DNA of 64,000 nucleotides, taken from NCBI GenBank assembly GCA_003280055.1, contig QCGG01000008.1, positions 19,700-83,699 on the forward strand, written 5' to 3'. Numbering within the stretch: the first letter of the stretch is position 1; every line of letters starts with the position of its first letter. Shown here one piece after another: positions 42,301 through 51,104 of this stretch. The position numbers were made by a program, and so were the translations under genes. The stretch comes from Prochlorococcus sp. AG-363-P19. Its GTDB lineage: Bacteria; Cyanobacteriota; Cyanobacteriia; PCC-6307; Cyanobiaceae. The notes below the pieces were generated by a model. It searched no databases, was not told the DNA's origin, and saw only the letters and a list, made by a program, of their open reading frames with translations.

Positions 42301-43263
42301 ATGAATGGGGCTTCCACTGAAGGGCGCTTCGTAATCGATTTACCAGATTCTGATGCAGCCCTTGCTTTGGCTGGAGTAGGCAATCAGACATTGCATTCCA
42401 TAGAGGTACTTACTGGTGCTTCCTTAGTCATAAGAGGCTTGCAATTGGTAGTAGCTGGAGTACCTACTCAGTTAGAGAAAGCTGTTGGGGTACTTGAACT
42501 TGTAAGGCCTTTATGGCAAGAAGGTCAGATAATTTCCTCTGTTGATTTACAGGCGGCCTTTAAGGCTGTAGATAGGGGGAATAAGGAGGATCATGCTTCT
42601 TTAGTTGAACAAGTATTGGTAAGGAATAATCGTGGAATTCATTTAAGACCTAGGACAATTCGCCAGAGATCTTATATAAAAGCGATGGAAAATCATGCTC
42701 TTACATTTGGGATAGGGCCAGCAGGGACTGGTAAGACATTTTTAGCTGCAGTCTTGGCGGTACGAATGCTTATGGAGAGAAAGGTAGAAAGGTTGGTAAT
42801 CACCCGACCCGCCGTAGAGGCTGGCGAAAGGTTGGGATTTTTGCCAGGAGATTTACAGCAAAAAGTAGATCCTTATCTTCGTCCTCTTTATGATGCTCTT
42901 CATACTCTTTTGGGTATGGAAAAAACAAATACACTTCTAGAAAAAGGTGTTATTGAAGTTGCCCCACTTGCCTATATGCGTGGCAGAACATTAGACGATT
43001 CGTTTGTGATTCTTGATGAGGCTCAAAACACTACTTCTGCTCAAATGAAAATGTTCCTTACTCGACTTGGAGAGAGGTCTCGAATGGTTGTTACAGGGGA
43101 TATCACGCAAGTGGATTTACCTCGCGGCGTATTAAGTGGCTTAGTAGAAGCTTGTGAGGTGTTAGAGAAAATCGAAGGTATAGCTGTCTCAAGGCTCACT
43201 TCAGAGGATGTTGTAAGACATAGCATTGTTCAGAAAGTTGTTGATGCATATGCTCGGCAATAA
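42301..43263 (+). CDS. phoH: PhoH-like ATPase
   Basis: Walker A GPAGTGKTFLA, ILDEAQN and TGDITQVDLP. Confidence 0.93.
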   Translation: MNGASTEGRFVIDLPDSDAALALAGVGNQTLHSIEVLTGASLVIRGLQLVVAGVPTQLEKAVGVLELVRPLWQEGQIISSVDLQAAFKAVDRGNKEDHASLVEQVLVRNNRGIHLRPRTIRQRSYIKAMENHALTFGIGPAGTGKTFLAAVLAVRMLMERKVERLVITRPAVEAGERLGFLPGDLQQKVDPYLRPLYDALHTLLGMEKTNTLLEKGVIEVAPLAYMRGRTLDDSFVILDEAQNTTSAQMKMFLTRLGERSRMVVTGDITQVDLPRGVLSGLVEACEVLEKIEGIAVSRLTSEDVVRHSIVQKVVDAYARQ

Positions 43264-43352
43264 GTTTGATAGGGAGATCCGCACAAAATATCTATGCAGC
43301 AAGCTTCTTTTCCTGTCAGAGTGAACTAGTTATGTGATGTGGTTAGTTACTT

Positions 43353-44090
43353 ATGCCAGCAAGCAGCAATTTTCAACAGGCAATTAGAGAAGCACAGTCC
43401 AGTGCCCTGGTTGGCCCAAATGTAGTTCAAAAAGCCTTGCCTTATGTTGGCGGTGGAATGCTGCTAACAGCTGGAGGAGTAATCGGAGGTCTTTCCCTTC
43501 AGGCAAGTAATCCAGGGTTGTTCAACCCCCTCTTCCTGGTGTCTGCAATAGGGAATTTTATCCTCTTCTTTGTAGCCATGGGGGCTGCTAACAATGCCAA
43601 TAATGAAAAAGCACTTCCTTTATTAACTGCATATAGCCTTATAACCGGTTTTACTCTCAGTGGCATTGTTGGTTACGCCATTACTGCTATTGGAGTTGGT
43701 TCTATTGCAACAGCAGTCTTTGCAACTGGCTTGACTTTTGTCATTGCTTCATTTGTTGGAACACGAATGAGCGACAATGTTGGCCAAGCTTTGAGTCAAG
43801 TAGTGGGCCTGGGTCTTATAGGTTTACTGATAGCAATTGTGGTGCAGTTAGTTGGTGGAATCTTTGCACCAAATATGTTCCTAAGGGGGCAATTTGAGCT
43901 AATGATTGCAGGTTTTGGGACGGTCCTTTTTGTAGGGATGTCTTTTGTTGACTTTTATACGATGCCACGTAGGTATAACGATGATCAATATCTTGCAGGT
44001 GCTCTAGGAATGTATTTAACATATATAAATCTATTTATTTTTATTTTGAGATTAATGATTGCTTTGCAGGGTGGTGGTCGCAGGGATTAA
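43353..44090 (+). CDS. Bax-inhibitor-1/YccA-family membrane protein
   Basis: Seven predicted TM segments and a charged C-terminal end (GGGRRD). BI-1-like length and topology. Confidence 0.7.
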   Translation: MPASSNFQQAIREAQSSALVGPNVVQKALPYVGGGMLLTAGGVIGGLSLQASNPGLFNPLFLVSAIGNFILFFVAMGAANNANNEKALPLLTAYSLITGFTLSGIVGYAITAIGVGSIATAVFATGLTFVIASFVGTRMSDNVGQALSQVVGLGLIGLLIAIVVQLVGGIFAPNMFLRGQFELMIAGFGTVLFVGMSFVDFYTMPRRYNDDQYLAGALGMYLTYINLFIFILRLMIALQGGGRRD

Positions 44091-44115
44091 CAATTTATTT
44101 TTATTACAAGAGAAC

Positions 44116-44149
44116 AATAATAAAGGGCCAATTTTGGCCCTTTATTATT
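44116..44149. terminator. Perfect 14-bp inverted repeat between convergent genes (likely bidirectional intrinsic terminator)
   Basis: AATAATAAAGGGCC-aatttt-GGCCCTTTATTATT, with A/T runs on both sides. Overlaps the stop codon of the minus-strand gene. Confidence 0.65.
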
Positions 44150-44669
44150 GTGTAGCAACAGCAATTATATTTGATGCAATAGCAAGCTTCTGATCATTGT
44201 CGTATTGCCACTTCTCTAAGAATTTTATATCTTCTTCTAGACCTCTCCCCTCGATCGCAGCTAAGAGATTTTCAAGTCGACATTTCACTGCATTGGGTTC
44301 CAACAGTCGAAGTATTTCAATGCATCTATAGGCTATTCGTTCAGATCTATTTTGTAATTCGTTATCAGTATTTCGTTTGTGAGTTATTGCCATGGCACTA
44401 CTCATAGCAAGGTTTTTTATGGTTAAGTCAATTATTCGGTCTCCCGCTATGCGTAGCTGCACCACTACTGGTTCTGGGAGTCTGTCTAGTAGTGGAGAGT
44501 CCACTGAGAGACTAATTGCAAAAAAACCTCTAGCACCATTTTGACTGGCAATTAGTTCGGCAATTCTATCGGCCATAACTTCATCACTTAGTTCGCCTGC
44601 TTCCCACGCTTTCAGCCAGATTGCTGAAAATTCAATTGCTTGTTTAAAACTTGGCTCAAGTTTGGTCAT
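44145..44669 (-). CDS. Hypothetical protein (174 aa, soluble, helical-looking)
   Basis: Clean ORF with a protein-like composition. No motif I can name. Confidence 0.55.
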   Translation of the reverse strand: MTKLEPSFKQAIEFSAIWLKAWEAGELSDEVMADRIAELIASQNGARGFFAISLSVDSPLLDRLPEPVVVQLRIAGDRIIDLTIKNLAMSSAMAITHKRNTDNELQNRSERIAYRCIEILRLLEPNAVKCRLENLLAAIEGRGLEEDIKFLEKWQYDNDQKLAIASNIIAVATQ

Positions 44670-44719
44670 GGCTTAAAGGTATTCTTCTTGGCAGGTTATG
44701 AGTGTGACTTTTCCAGGTA

Positions 44720-45664
44720 ATGGCCTTTTCTCAATCAAATCCTGCAAATTATCGCTCTGGTTTTACTGCTCTTATTGGAAGGCCAAACGTAGGGAAGTCA
44801 ACGTTAGTAAATTGTTTGGTTGGGGAGAAGATTGCTATTACTTCTCCAGTTGCGCAGACGACAAGGAATCGACTTCGAGCAATATTAACAACTCCTGAGG
44901 CACAAATAATTTTTCTAGACACTCCAGGGATACACAAACCGCACCATTTATTAGGAGAAAGGCTTGTGAAGAGTGCTAAATCAGCGATAGGTGAGGTTGA
45001 TATTATTGTCCTAATTCTTGAAGGATCTGAAAGACCTGGTAGAGGTGATTTATTCATAGTTAATTTGCTTAAAAGGCAAGAATTACCTGTGCTCGTAGTT
45101 TTGAATAAATGGGACTTGGTTCCTGAGAATGAAAGCACTAAATTTTTTTCTCGCTATCAGGAATTATTATCTGAAACTAATTGGCCTATTTACTTATGCA
45201 GTGCAATTACTGGTCATGGATCTAAAGATGTCATAAAAGCAATCTCAGAAATTTTACCTAATGGTCCTCAGCTTTATCCGCAAGATATGGTTTGTGACCA
45301 ACCAGAAAGAATTTTATTAGCTGAATTAATAAGAGAGCAGGTTTTATTACATACACGCGAGGAGGTTCCTCATAGTGTTGCGGTGAAGATTGACCGTGTG
45401 GAAGAAATTCAAAGTAACAAAAACAATAAGAATGCACAAAATCGAATAGGAGTCTTGGCAACTGTTTTCGTGGAGAGAAAAAGTCAAAAAGGGATTTTGA
45501 TTGGCAAGGGAGGCTCTATGTTGAAAACAATAGGTAAGGCGGCACGGCTTCAGATGCAAATTTTGATCAATGGTCCTGTTTACTTGGAATTGTTTGTGAA
45601 AATCTCCCCAGGATGGCGAAGTAAACCTTCTAGGCTTGCTGAACTAGGTTATTTGGAATCTTAA
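44720..45664 (+). CDS. era: GTPase Era
   Basis: G1 GRPNVGKST, G3 DTPG, G4 NKWD, and a C-terminal KH domain (GKGGSMLKTIG). Confidence 0.96.
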   Translation: MAFSQSNPANYRSGFTALIGRPNVGKSTLVNCLVGEKIAITSPVAQTTRNRLRAILTTPEAQIIFLDTPGIHKPHHLLGERLVKSAKSAIGEVDIIVLILEGSERPGRGDLFIVNLLKRQELPVLVVLNKWDLVPENESTKFFSRYQELLSETNWPIYLCSAITGHGSKDVIKAISEILPNGPQLYPQDMVCDQPERILLAELIREQVLLHTREEVPHSVAVKIDRVEEIQSNKNNKNAQNRIGVLATVFVERKSQKGILIGKGGSMLKTIGKAARLQMQILINGPVYLELFVKISPGWRSKPSRLAELGYLES

Positions 45665-45794
45665 ACCGGCTTAGGTAACTTGTTTTTTAGAATCTTTTAG
45701 AACTACATTTTTACTATTTGTGCTTTTGGGCTAAGTTTTATTTGTGTAATCAATCTTTCATCTCACAATTTTATGCTAGGAGTATTGAAGGTTT

Positions 45795-47021
45795 ATGAAG
45801 CCTTATCGTCTTGATGTTATAAGCCTTTTCCCACAAGCTTTTGATGGAATAGTTGGGTTTGGGGTCATTGGCAGGGCTTTTGAGTCAAGTCTCGCTGAGA
45901 TAGTCATACATAATCCAAGAGATTTTTCAAAGGATCGACATAGAAAGGTTGATGACGAACCTTATGGAGGAGGAGCAGGTATGGTTCTCAAGCCAGAACC
46001 AGTTTATAGCGCTTTTGAAGCAATACCATTGAAGGGGCGCCGAAGAACAATATTGCTAACTCCTCAAGGGTCCAAATTGGTTCATTCTGATTTGAAGAGG
46101 TGGGCTAGTAAATATGATCAGATGATATTAATTTGTGGACATTATGAAGGATTTGACGAGCGAATAAGAGCTCTTGCAGATGAAGAGATATCTATAGGTG
46201 ATTTTGTACTCACAGGGGGTGAAATACCTGCAATGGTGATTGTTAATGGTTTAGTCAGATTAATACCGGGTACTGTTGGTTCACCTGAATCTCTTTTAGA
46301 TGAGAGTCATAGTGAGGGTTTGTTAGAGCATCCTCATTACACACGACCCTCAGAATTTCGGGGAATGTGTGTTCCTGATGTATTAAGAAGCGGTGACCAT
46401 GCAGCTATATCAGATTGGCGGCAGCAAGAACGTATAAGAAGGACCAAGCTTCGTCGCCTTGACTTGTATACGGCTTGGAAAGAAAAGCAAAATTCCGAGT
46501 TTATGACGAAAATAGATTCACCAGGCTTTGAACATGTGGACTTTAGAGTTGGCAACGGTTATGACATTCATCGTTTGGTCTCAGGTCGACCATTAATTCT
46601 TGGGGGCGTCTTGCTTAATCATCCTGAAGGGTTAGGCCTAGAGGGGCACAGTGATGCAGACGTACTTGTGCATGCTGTAATGGATGCTCTCCTTGGTGCA
46701 TTGTCCCTAGGGGATATTGGAAAATATTTCCCGCCTGAAGATTCTCAGTGGCAAGGCGCCAATAGCCTTAGTCTTTTGGAAAAAGTGGTAGAGCTGACCC
46801 GTGAACATGGATGGAAGCTTGTAAATATTGATGCTGTTGTTGTTGCTGAAAGACCAAAGCTGAAACCTCATATTGACCTGATGAGAAGTAATCTTGCCCA
46901 AAGGTTGGGGGTAGGCATAGACGCTGTGGGAATAAAAGCAACGACTAATGAAACACTTGGCCCTGAAGGCCGTGAGGAAGGTATTAGCACTCAGGCAGTA
47001 GCTTTATTGGTTCGCGAATAA
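45795..47021 (+). CDS. trmD-ispF: Single ORF encoding tRNA (m1G37) methyltransferase TrmD fused in frame to 2-C-methyl-D-erythritol 2,4-cyclodiphosphate synthase IspF
   Basis: Residues 1 to about 232 are TrmD ([41 protein letters not shown]). Residues about 250-408 are IspF ([36 protein letters not shown]). There is no stop between them. An internal in-frame ATG lies at 46503. Confidence 0.85.
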   Translation: MKPYRLDVISLFPQAFDGIVGFGVIGRAFESSLAEIVIHNPRDFSKDRHRKVDDEPYGGGAGMVLKPEPVYSAFEAIPLKGRRRTILLTPQGSKLVHSDLKRWASKYDQMILICGHYEGFDERIRALADEEISIGDFVLTGGEIPAMVIVNGLVRLIPGTVGSPESLLDESHSEGLLEHPHYTRPSEFRGMCVPDVLRSGDHAAISDWRQQERIRRTKLRRLDLYTAWKEKQNSEFMTKIDSPGFEHVDFRVGNGYDIHRLVSGRPLILGGVLLNHPEGLGLEGHSDADVLVHAVMDALLGALSLGDIGKYFPPEDSQWQGANSLSLLEKVVELTREHGWKLVNIDAVVVAERPKLKPHIDLMRSNLAQRLGVGIDAVGIKATTNETLGPEGREEGISTQAVALLVRE

Positions 47022-47034
47022 AGGGCTTCTCGTT

Positions 47035-47457
47035 ATGAAAAATTTGTTAAAGGTTTTTTATAGTTGTCTATTTCTTTTTGTAGGTGTTTGGATGTTTTGT
47101 GTTGTTAATGTCGTTCAGGCAGAGGCAAAAATGAACGAAGGTGTCATTATTGAGCATTTGAGGCTTAGAGTACCTTCTCAGAAACGAGAAGCATGGTTAA
47201 AGGCTGAAAAAGGAAGTTGGGAACCTTGGCTGGCTGAAAAAAAAGGTTTTCTTGGACGTCAGTTATTTTGGGATGATCAGAATGAAGAAGCAGTTTTAAT
47301 CATCAGTTGGGAAAGCAGAGAACAATGGAAAGCAATACCTCAATCTGAGATTGATGAGATTCAAGAGAATTTTGAATCTCTAGCCAGAGAAGGCACAGGC
47401 GATTTAAAAGGTAATCCCTTCCCTTTGCAATTTGAAGGACAGTTGTTTCCCCAATGA
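47035..47457 (+). CDS. Exported small protein, ABM/Dabb-like fold suspected
   Basis: Signal-like N-terminus (LFLFVGVWMFCVVNVVQAEA). The mature part, …IIEHLRLRVPSQKREAWL…ISWESREQW…, resembles antibiotic-biosynthesis-monooxygenase-type domains. The stop overlaps the larB start as ATGA. Confidence 0.55.
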   Translation: MKNLLKVFYSCLFLFVGVWMFCVVNVVQAEAKMNEGVIIEHLRLRVPSQKREAWLKAEKGSWEPWLAEKKGFLGRQLFWDDQNEEAVLIISWESREQWKAIPQSEIDEIQENFESLAREGTGDLKGNPFPLQFEGQLFPQ

Positions 47458-48122
47458 CCTTTCAAAATAGAGAAGCAAGAATTGATTTTGATCGCCGTTC
47501 GCGTCTTGGGATGATTGAGGCGGTGTGGGGTGAGCATAAAACCAGTGATCAGATTGTTGAAATTTTGCATAGTTTCAAAGCACAAAAAGAAGGTGCTCTT
47601 GTAACTAGGGTTGATCAACAAAAGGCTGATTTGGTAATTTCTCGGATTGGATTTACTGGAGTTGAATATCACGCAAGATCTCGATGTCTAACCTTTGGTT
47701 CGCCTTTTAAGGCCAACCCTTCTTTTGGTGAGGTGATCGTATTAAGTGGAGGAACTAGTGATTTACCTGTAGCGGCGGAAGCTGAGTTGGCTTTACGATG
47801 GCATGGCATTAAGACAGAGCTGCTTTTGGATGTAGGAGTTGCATATTTACACAGACTTCTTAGTCAATTAGAGCGATTAAAGCTCGCTAAAGTTTTGATT
47901 GCTTGTGCTGGGATGGAAGGTTCTTTGCCAACTGTGCTTACAGGTTTGGTACCGCAACCCGTCATAGGAGTGCCTACTTCAGTGGGCTATGGAGTTAGTT
48001 TTGGAGGGAATTCTGCACTTAGTGGAATGCTTGCTAGTTGTTCTCCTGGATTGCTTGTGGTGAATATTGATAATGGATATGGAGCGGCAATGGCAGCATT
48101 ACGAATTATCCAATTGGGCTAA
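47454..48122 (+). CDS. larB: PurE-like NaAD carboxylase/hydrolase LarB (cyanobacterial CpmA homologue)
   Basis: VIVLSGGTSDLPVAAEAELAL...GVAYLHRL...ACAGMEGSLPTVL...PVIGVPTSVGYG is characteristic of the LarB/CpmA family. Confidence 0.8.
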   Translation: MTFQNREARIDFDRRSRLGMIEAVWGEHKTSDQIVEILHSFKAQKEGALVTRVDQQKADLVISRIGFTGVEYHARSRCLTFGSPFKANPSFGEVIVLSGGTSDLPVAAEAELALRWHGIKTELLLDVGVAYLHRLLSQLERLKLAKVLIACAGMEGSLPTVLTGLVPQPVIGVPTSVGYGVSFGGNSALSGMLASCSPGLLVVNIDNGYGAAMAALRIIQLG

Positions 48123-48153
48123 TGGCTAAAACAACTTATAAATACAAGAATTG

Positions 48154-48309
48154 TTAGTGAGGCAAAATACCTGAGTCTTGATTTGGACTGATTTCCAGTA
48201 ATTGCTCTACCCAAAGTTTCATTGATTTTGGTAAGCGGCCTTGTTGATATCTCAAAAGAGCCTCCACTAACACAGGTGTGTTGACCCATTGCATAACCCT
48301 TGGTCTCAT
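48154..48309 (-). CDS. Possible small protein (51 aa), below the ORF-track cutoff
   Basis: My translation is MRPRVMQWVNTPVLVEALLRYQQGRLPKSMKLWVEQLLEISPNQDSGILPH. Same strand as the upstream 80-aa ORF and the DUF1517 gene. Confidence 0.3.
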   Translation of the reverse strand: MRPRVMQWVNTPVLVEALLRYQQGRLPKSMKLWVEQLLEISPNQDSGILPH

Positions 48310-48376
48310 TCTGTTATTTTCTTATTTAGTGAAACTTGGAGTATTTCTTTGGTTGATGCAAGGGTTAAATGAATAT

Positions 48377-48619
48377 TTAATTTGAATCGTTGTATTTATT
48401 GCCAAGTCTGGAGAGTTCATTGCTGTGGTGTTGTGATTCAACATCTAGAAGTCTATTTACTAGTTCTGTGAGATCACGCTGTGCCAGCTCGCCATTCGAC
48501 TCCCATTTCATGGCGCGAGGATCTGTGGGCGATGCGTCAGTCAAGAGAGTTCGGTGTCTAGGTGTTTGTTTGTGTATCAAGATATCTTTCTTTATGCCTT
48601 GATTTTGTTCATGTTGCAC
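48377..48619 (-). CDS. Hypothetical small hydrophilic protein (80 aa)
   Basis: Protein-like composition. The overlapping plus-strand ORF is Cys/Ser-rich and looks like an antisense artefact. Confidence 0.4.
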   Translation of the reverse strand: MQHEQNQGIKKDILIHKQTPRHRTLLTDASPTDPRAMKWESNGELAQRDLTELVNRLLDVESQHHSNELSRLGNKYNDSN

Positions 48620-48692
48620 AATCGTGGTGGAAGATTTTATTAAGAAATCGGTTTTTAGGGCTTCTTAGGGGGTTTTGGTAGTAATGCCTTTT

Positions 48693-49676
48693 TTAGAGAT
48701 GCTCAAGGTTTGGATAAGAAGTTAATAAGTCTTCCGAAGTTAGTTTGTCTCCAATACCTTCTGGTTGCCAAATTACTTCTAATGCCATTAGGTCAGAGGA
48801 GGAGATGGATCCAAGAATTCGCAAAGACTCCTGCAGCTTTTCGCTTGAATTGGTTGGAGAAAGCTTTATGTGATTTTTGGAAGCAGCCAATATTGTTACA
48901 ACTATGTATTCATTTGCAGCATCTGCTTCTCCAACTGAAGATGAGGGATGGAACTCATTTTTTAGTTCTCCTGAAAAATTAGATGTCACCTCTGAACTTA
49001 GTTTGCTTCTTTCAGTAATTGATAAACGGTTAAAGGTGTTTTCAGCAGAGTTGAAAGGTACTTCGCCAGTTTCTGTATTTGAATAGACCCATAGATGTGG
49101 CTGACGCAAAAGAGCAAGGGTGGTGTCTTCCAAAACTCTTTGTAGCCCAGTTGAATTATTAGTATCTGCTTTCTCAGCAAGAGCTCTTAGCTCCATTTGT
49201 AATTCTTTTGCACTAGCAAGAAGCCCTACTTGCAGTTCAATTAGCGTTACAGGGCCTGGAGCATTTGTAGTTAGTTGATTGGTTTGATTAAAGGGTTGAT
49301 TTGCGCTACTTCCACCTCTGAATGCATTTACTAATACGCCAGCAATGGCCATAAGAATAAAAAAACCGAAAAGGCCCCCGCCTCCGAAAAAGAATGGAAA
49401 GACGAATGGAAATCCTATTCCTCCTCTGTAGCCTCCACCGTATCCACCACGGTAGCCACCTCCATATCCTCCGCGGTAACTCCCACCGCCTCCATAGCCC
49501 CCAGTGCGGGGAATAGATGGAGCCCGAAAGCTGCCACCTCCAATTCGACCACCCTGTGCGGCATTGCTGGATTGGGGAGTAATTAGAAAAAGAGTTGTCA
49601 GTATTACTGGTATCAAAATGGCCGAAAAAAACTGTTTAATCAGTTTTTCTGATTTGAAGAGGGATAATTGGTTCAA
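48693..49676 (-). CDS. DUF1517-like membrane protein with Gly/Tyr/Arg repeat region
   Basis: Signal/TM, then GGYGGGGSYRGGYGGGYRGGYGGGYRGG, then a hydrophobic FPFVFPFFFGGGGLFGFFILMAIAG segment, then a soluble C-terminal domain. Confidence 0.75.
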   Translation of the reverse strand: MNQLSLFKSEKLIKQFFSAILIPVILTTLFLITPQSSNAAQGGRIGGGSFRAPSIPRTGGYGGGGSYRGGYGGGYRGGYGGGYRGGIGFPFVFPFFFGGGGLFGFFILMAIAGVLVNAFRGGSSANQPFNQTNQLTTNAPGPVTLIELQVGLLASAKELQMELRALAEKADTNNSTGLQRVLEDTTLALLRQPHLWVYSNTETGEVPFNSAENTFNRLSITERSKLSSEVTSNFSGELKNEFHPSSSVGEADAANEYIVVTILAASKNHIKLSPTNSSEKLQESLRILGSISSSDLMALEVIWQPEGIGDKLTSEDLLTSYPNLEHL

Positions 49677-49703
49677 TTCTTTTTTCGGTTAACTAACCAG
49701 ACT

Positions 49704-49910
49704 TTAGGAGCCCCCTCCAACTATTGTGACAAGTTCAATTGTGTCACCATCTTTTAAGTTCTGATGTTTCCATTGTTCAGGCTTGATGATGACACCGTTG
49801 AATTCGATAACAACTGTTCTCGGGTCCTGTCCCATACGGTTAATTAGGTTTAAAAGGTTGGCTGGGTTTAAATCTAGTGATTTAATTTCACCGTTTATTT
49901 TTAGTATCAT
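49704..49910 (-). CDS. thiS: ThiS-like sulfur-carrier protein
   Basis: 68 aa with a beta-grasp-like sequence ending ...ELVTIVGGGS. The start overlaps the thiE stop as ATGA. Confidence 0.8.
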   Translation of the reverse strand: MILKINGEIKSLDLNPANLLNLINRMGQDPRTVVIEFNGVIIKPEQWKHQNLKDGDTIELVTIVGGGS

Positions 49911-50944
49911 TGAAAAGCCTCTAGAAGTTCGATTGTGTTCCTAGATGGGTCTTTTGCATTCATTATTGCAGTGCAAACGGCTACACGTTTTGTGCCTGCA
50001 GAAATTAATTCCTGGAGGTTAGTGTTATTGATGCCTCCAATGGCAAACCAAGGTAAATAAGTTGAGTTGCAAGTTTCACTAAGATATTTAATTCCTTTTG
50101 CTTCTAGGTTGGGTTTGGTTTGGGTTTTGTTAACGGGACCAGCACCTACATAATCGCAGCCATTCTCCTCTGCTAAGCGAAGTTCTTTAAGGCAATGAAT
50201 ACTGCTTCCAATTAATTTCTCGGAGCCGAGTATCTTTCTTGCTATTTGAACAGGAATGTCTTTTTGTCCCAGGTGAACACCATCAGCATCTACAGCAAGT
50301 GCAATATCTATTCGATCATTAACTATAAAAAGAGAATCATATATTTTACAAAGCCTTGAAAGTTCATTGGCTTCAGAAAGATTAGTTAAATCATCACTAG
50401 ATTTTGTTCGATATTGAACCATTTTTAAGCCAGCTTTCAGAGCTTTTTCGACTGTTGTGTTTAGGGATTTGCTTGGAGAGGTGATAAGGCAAAGGCTGCA
50501 TTTCTCAATAAGATTGATTCTTTTTTCTTTGTTAGAAGTACGAATGATTTGAAGTTCAACCTCATAAACTCCATAACGTATCTCACTAGCAATTTTTGAT
50601 AAGGAAGGATTAGATCTTCGAGAAAATTCTTCTATAACTCGCATTGCTTCTTGTACTCGAGCACAATTTGCAGAAACGACTTGTAGAGGTGCTGATCGCT
50701 CTATTTGAGATGGGTGTGATAGTCCTATTCCAGGATCAGGAATTGAGAAACGAGCGTTTTTATAACAGTCATGATGATGAAGGCCTAACTGGTGTCTCCA
50801 ACCTTTTATTTTGATAATAAGTTCTTTATTATTCTGACCGAAACGGCACCATTCTTCAATAACTCTAAGACCTTCTCTGCCTCGATCAAGGTTGGCATCT
50901 ATCAGTTGTTCAATACGTTGGTCAAGAAAGGGTTTTTCAGACAT
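49907..50944 (-). CDS. thiE: Thiamine-phosphate synthase with an N-terminal extension of about 140 aa
   Basis: The C-terminal 200 aa or so are ThiE-like (MVQYRTKS, FIVNDRIDIALAVDADGVHLGQKD, FAIGGI). The N-terminal domain has no motif I can name. Confidence 0.88.
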   Translation of the reverse strand: MSEKPFLDQRIEQLIDANLDRGREGLRVIEEWCRFGQNNKELIIKIKGWRHQLGLHHHDCYKNARFSIPDPGIGLSHPSQIERSAPLQVVSANCARVQEAMRVIEEFSRRSNPSLSKIASEIRYGVYEVELQIIRTSNKEKRINLIEKCSLCLITSPSKSLNTTVEKALKAGLKMVQYRTKSSDDLTNLSEANELSRLCKIYDSLFIVNDRIDIALAVDADGVHLGQKDIPVQIARKILGSEKLIGSSIHCLKELRLAEENGCDYVGAGPVNKTQTKPNLEAKGIKYLSETCNSTYLPWFAIGGINNTNLQELISAGTKRVAVCTAIMNAKDPSRNTIELLEAFQ

Positions 50945-50987
50945 TGATTTCGTGGCAGGCTAACTAGAAAGTATTCCCTGAAATTTC

Positions 50988-51104
50988 ATGGAGAACAATG
51001 GTTTAGAAAGCATCATCAACTTGTTCATTTGGGGAATCATCTTGCTTGGAGGGATTGGGATTTTCATAGTTTGGGGGTTAGGGAATGCCTATCCATCTTC
51101 ATGA
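50988..51104 (+). CDS. Possible 38-aa single-TM micro-protein
   Basis: My translation is MENNGLESIINLFIWGIILLGGIGIFIVWGLGNAYPSS. Lies in the thiE/ribF gap. Its stop overlaps the convergent ribF stop by 6 nt. Confidence 0.35.
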   Translation: MENNGLESIINLFIWGIILLGGIGIFIVWGLGNAYPSS

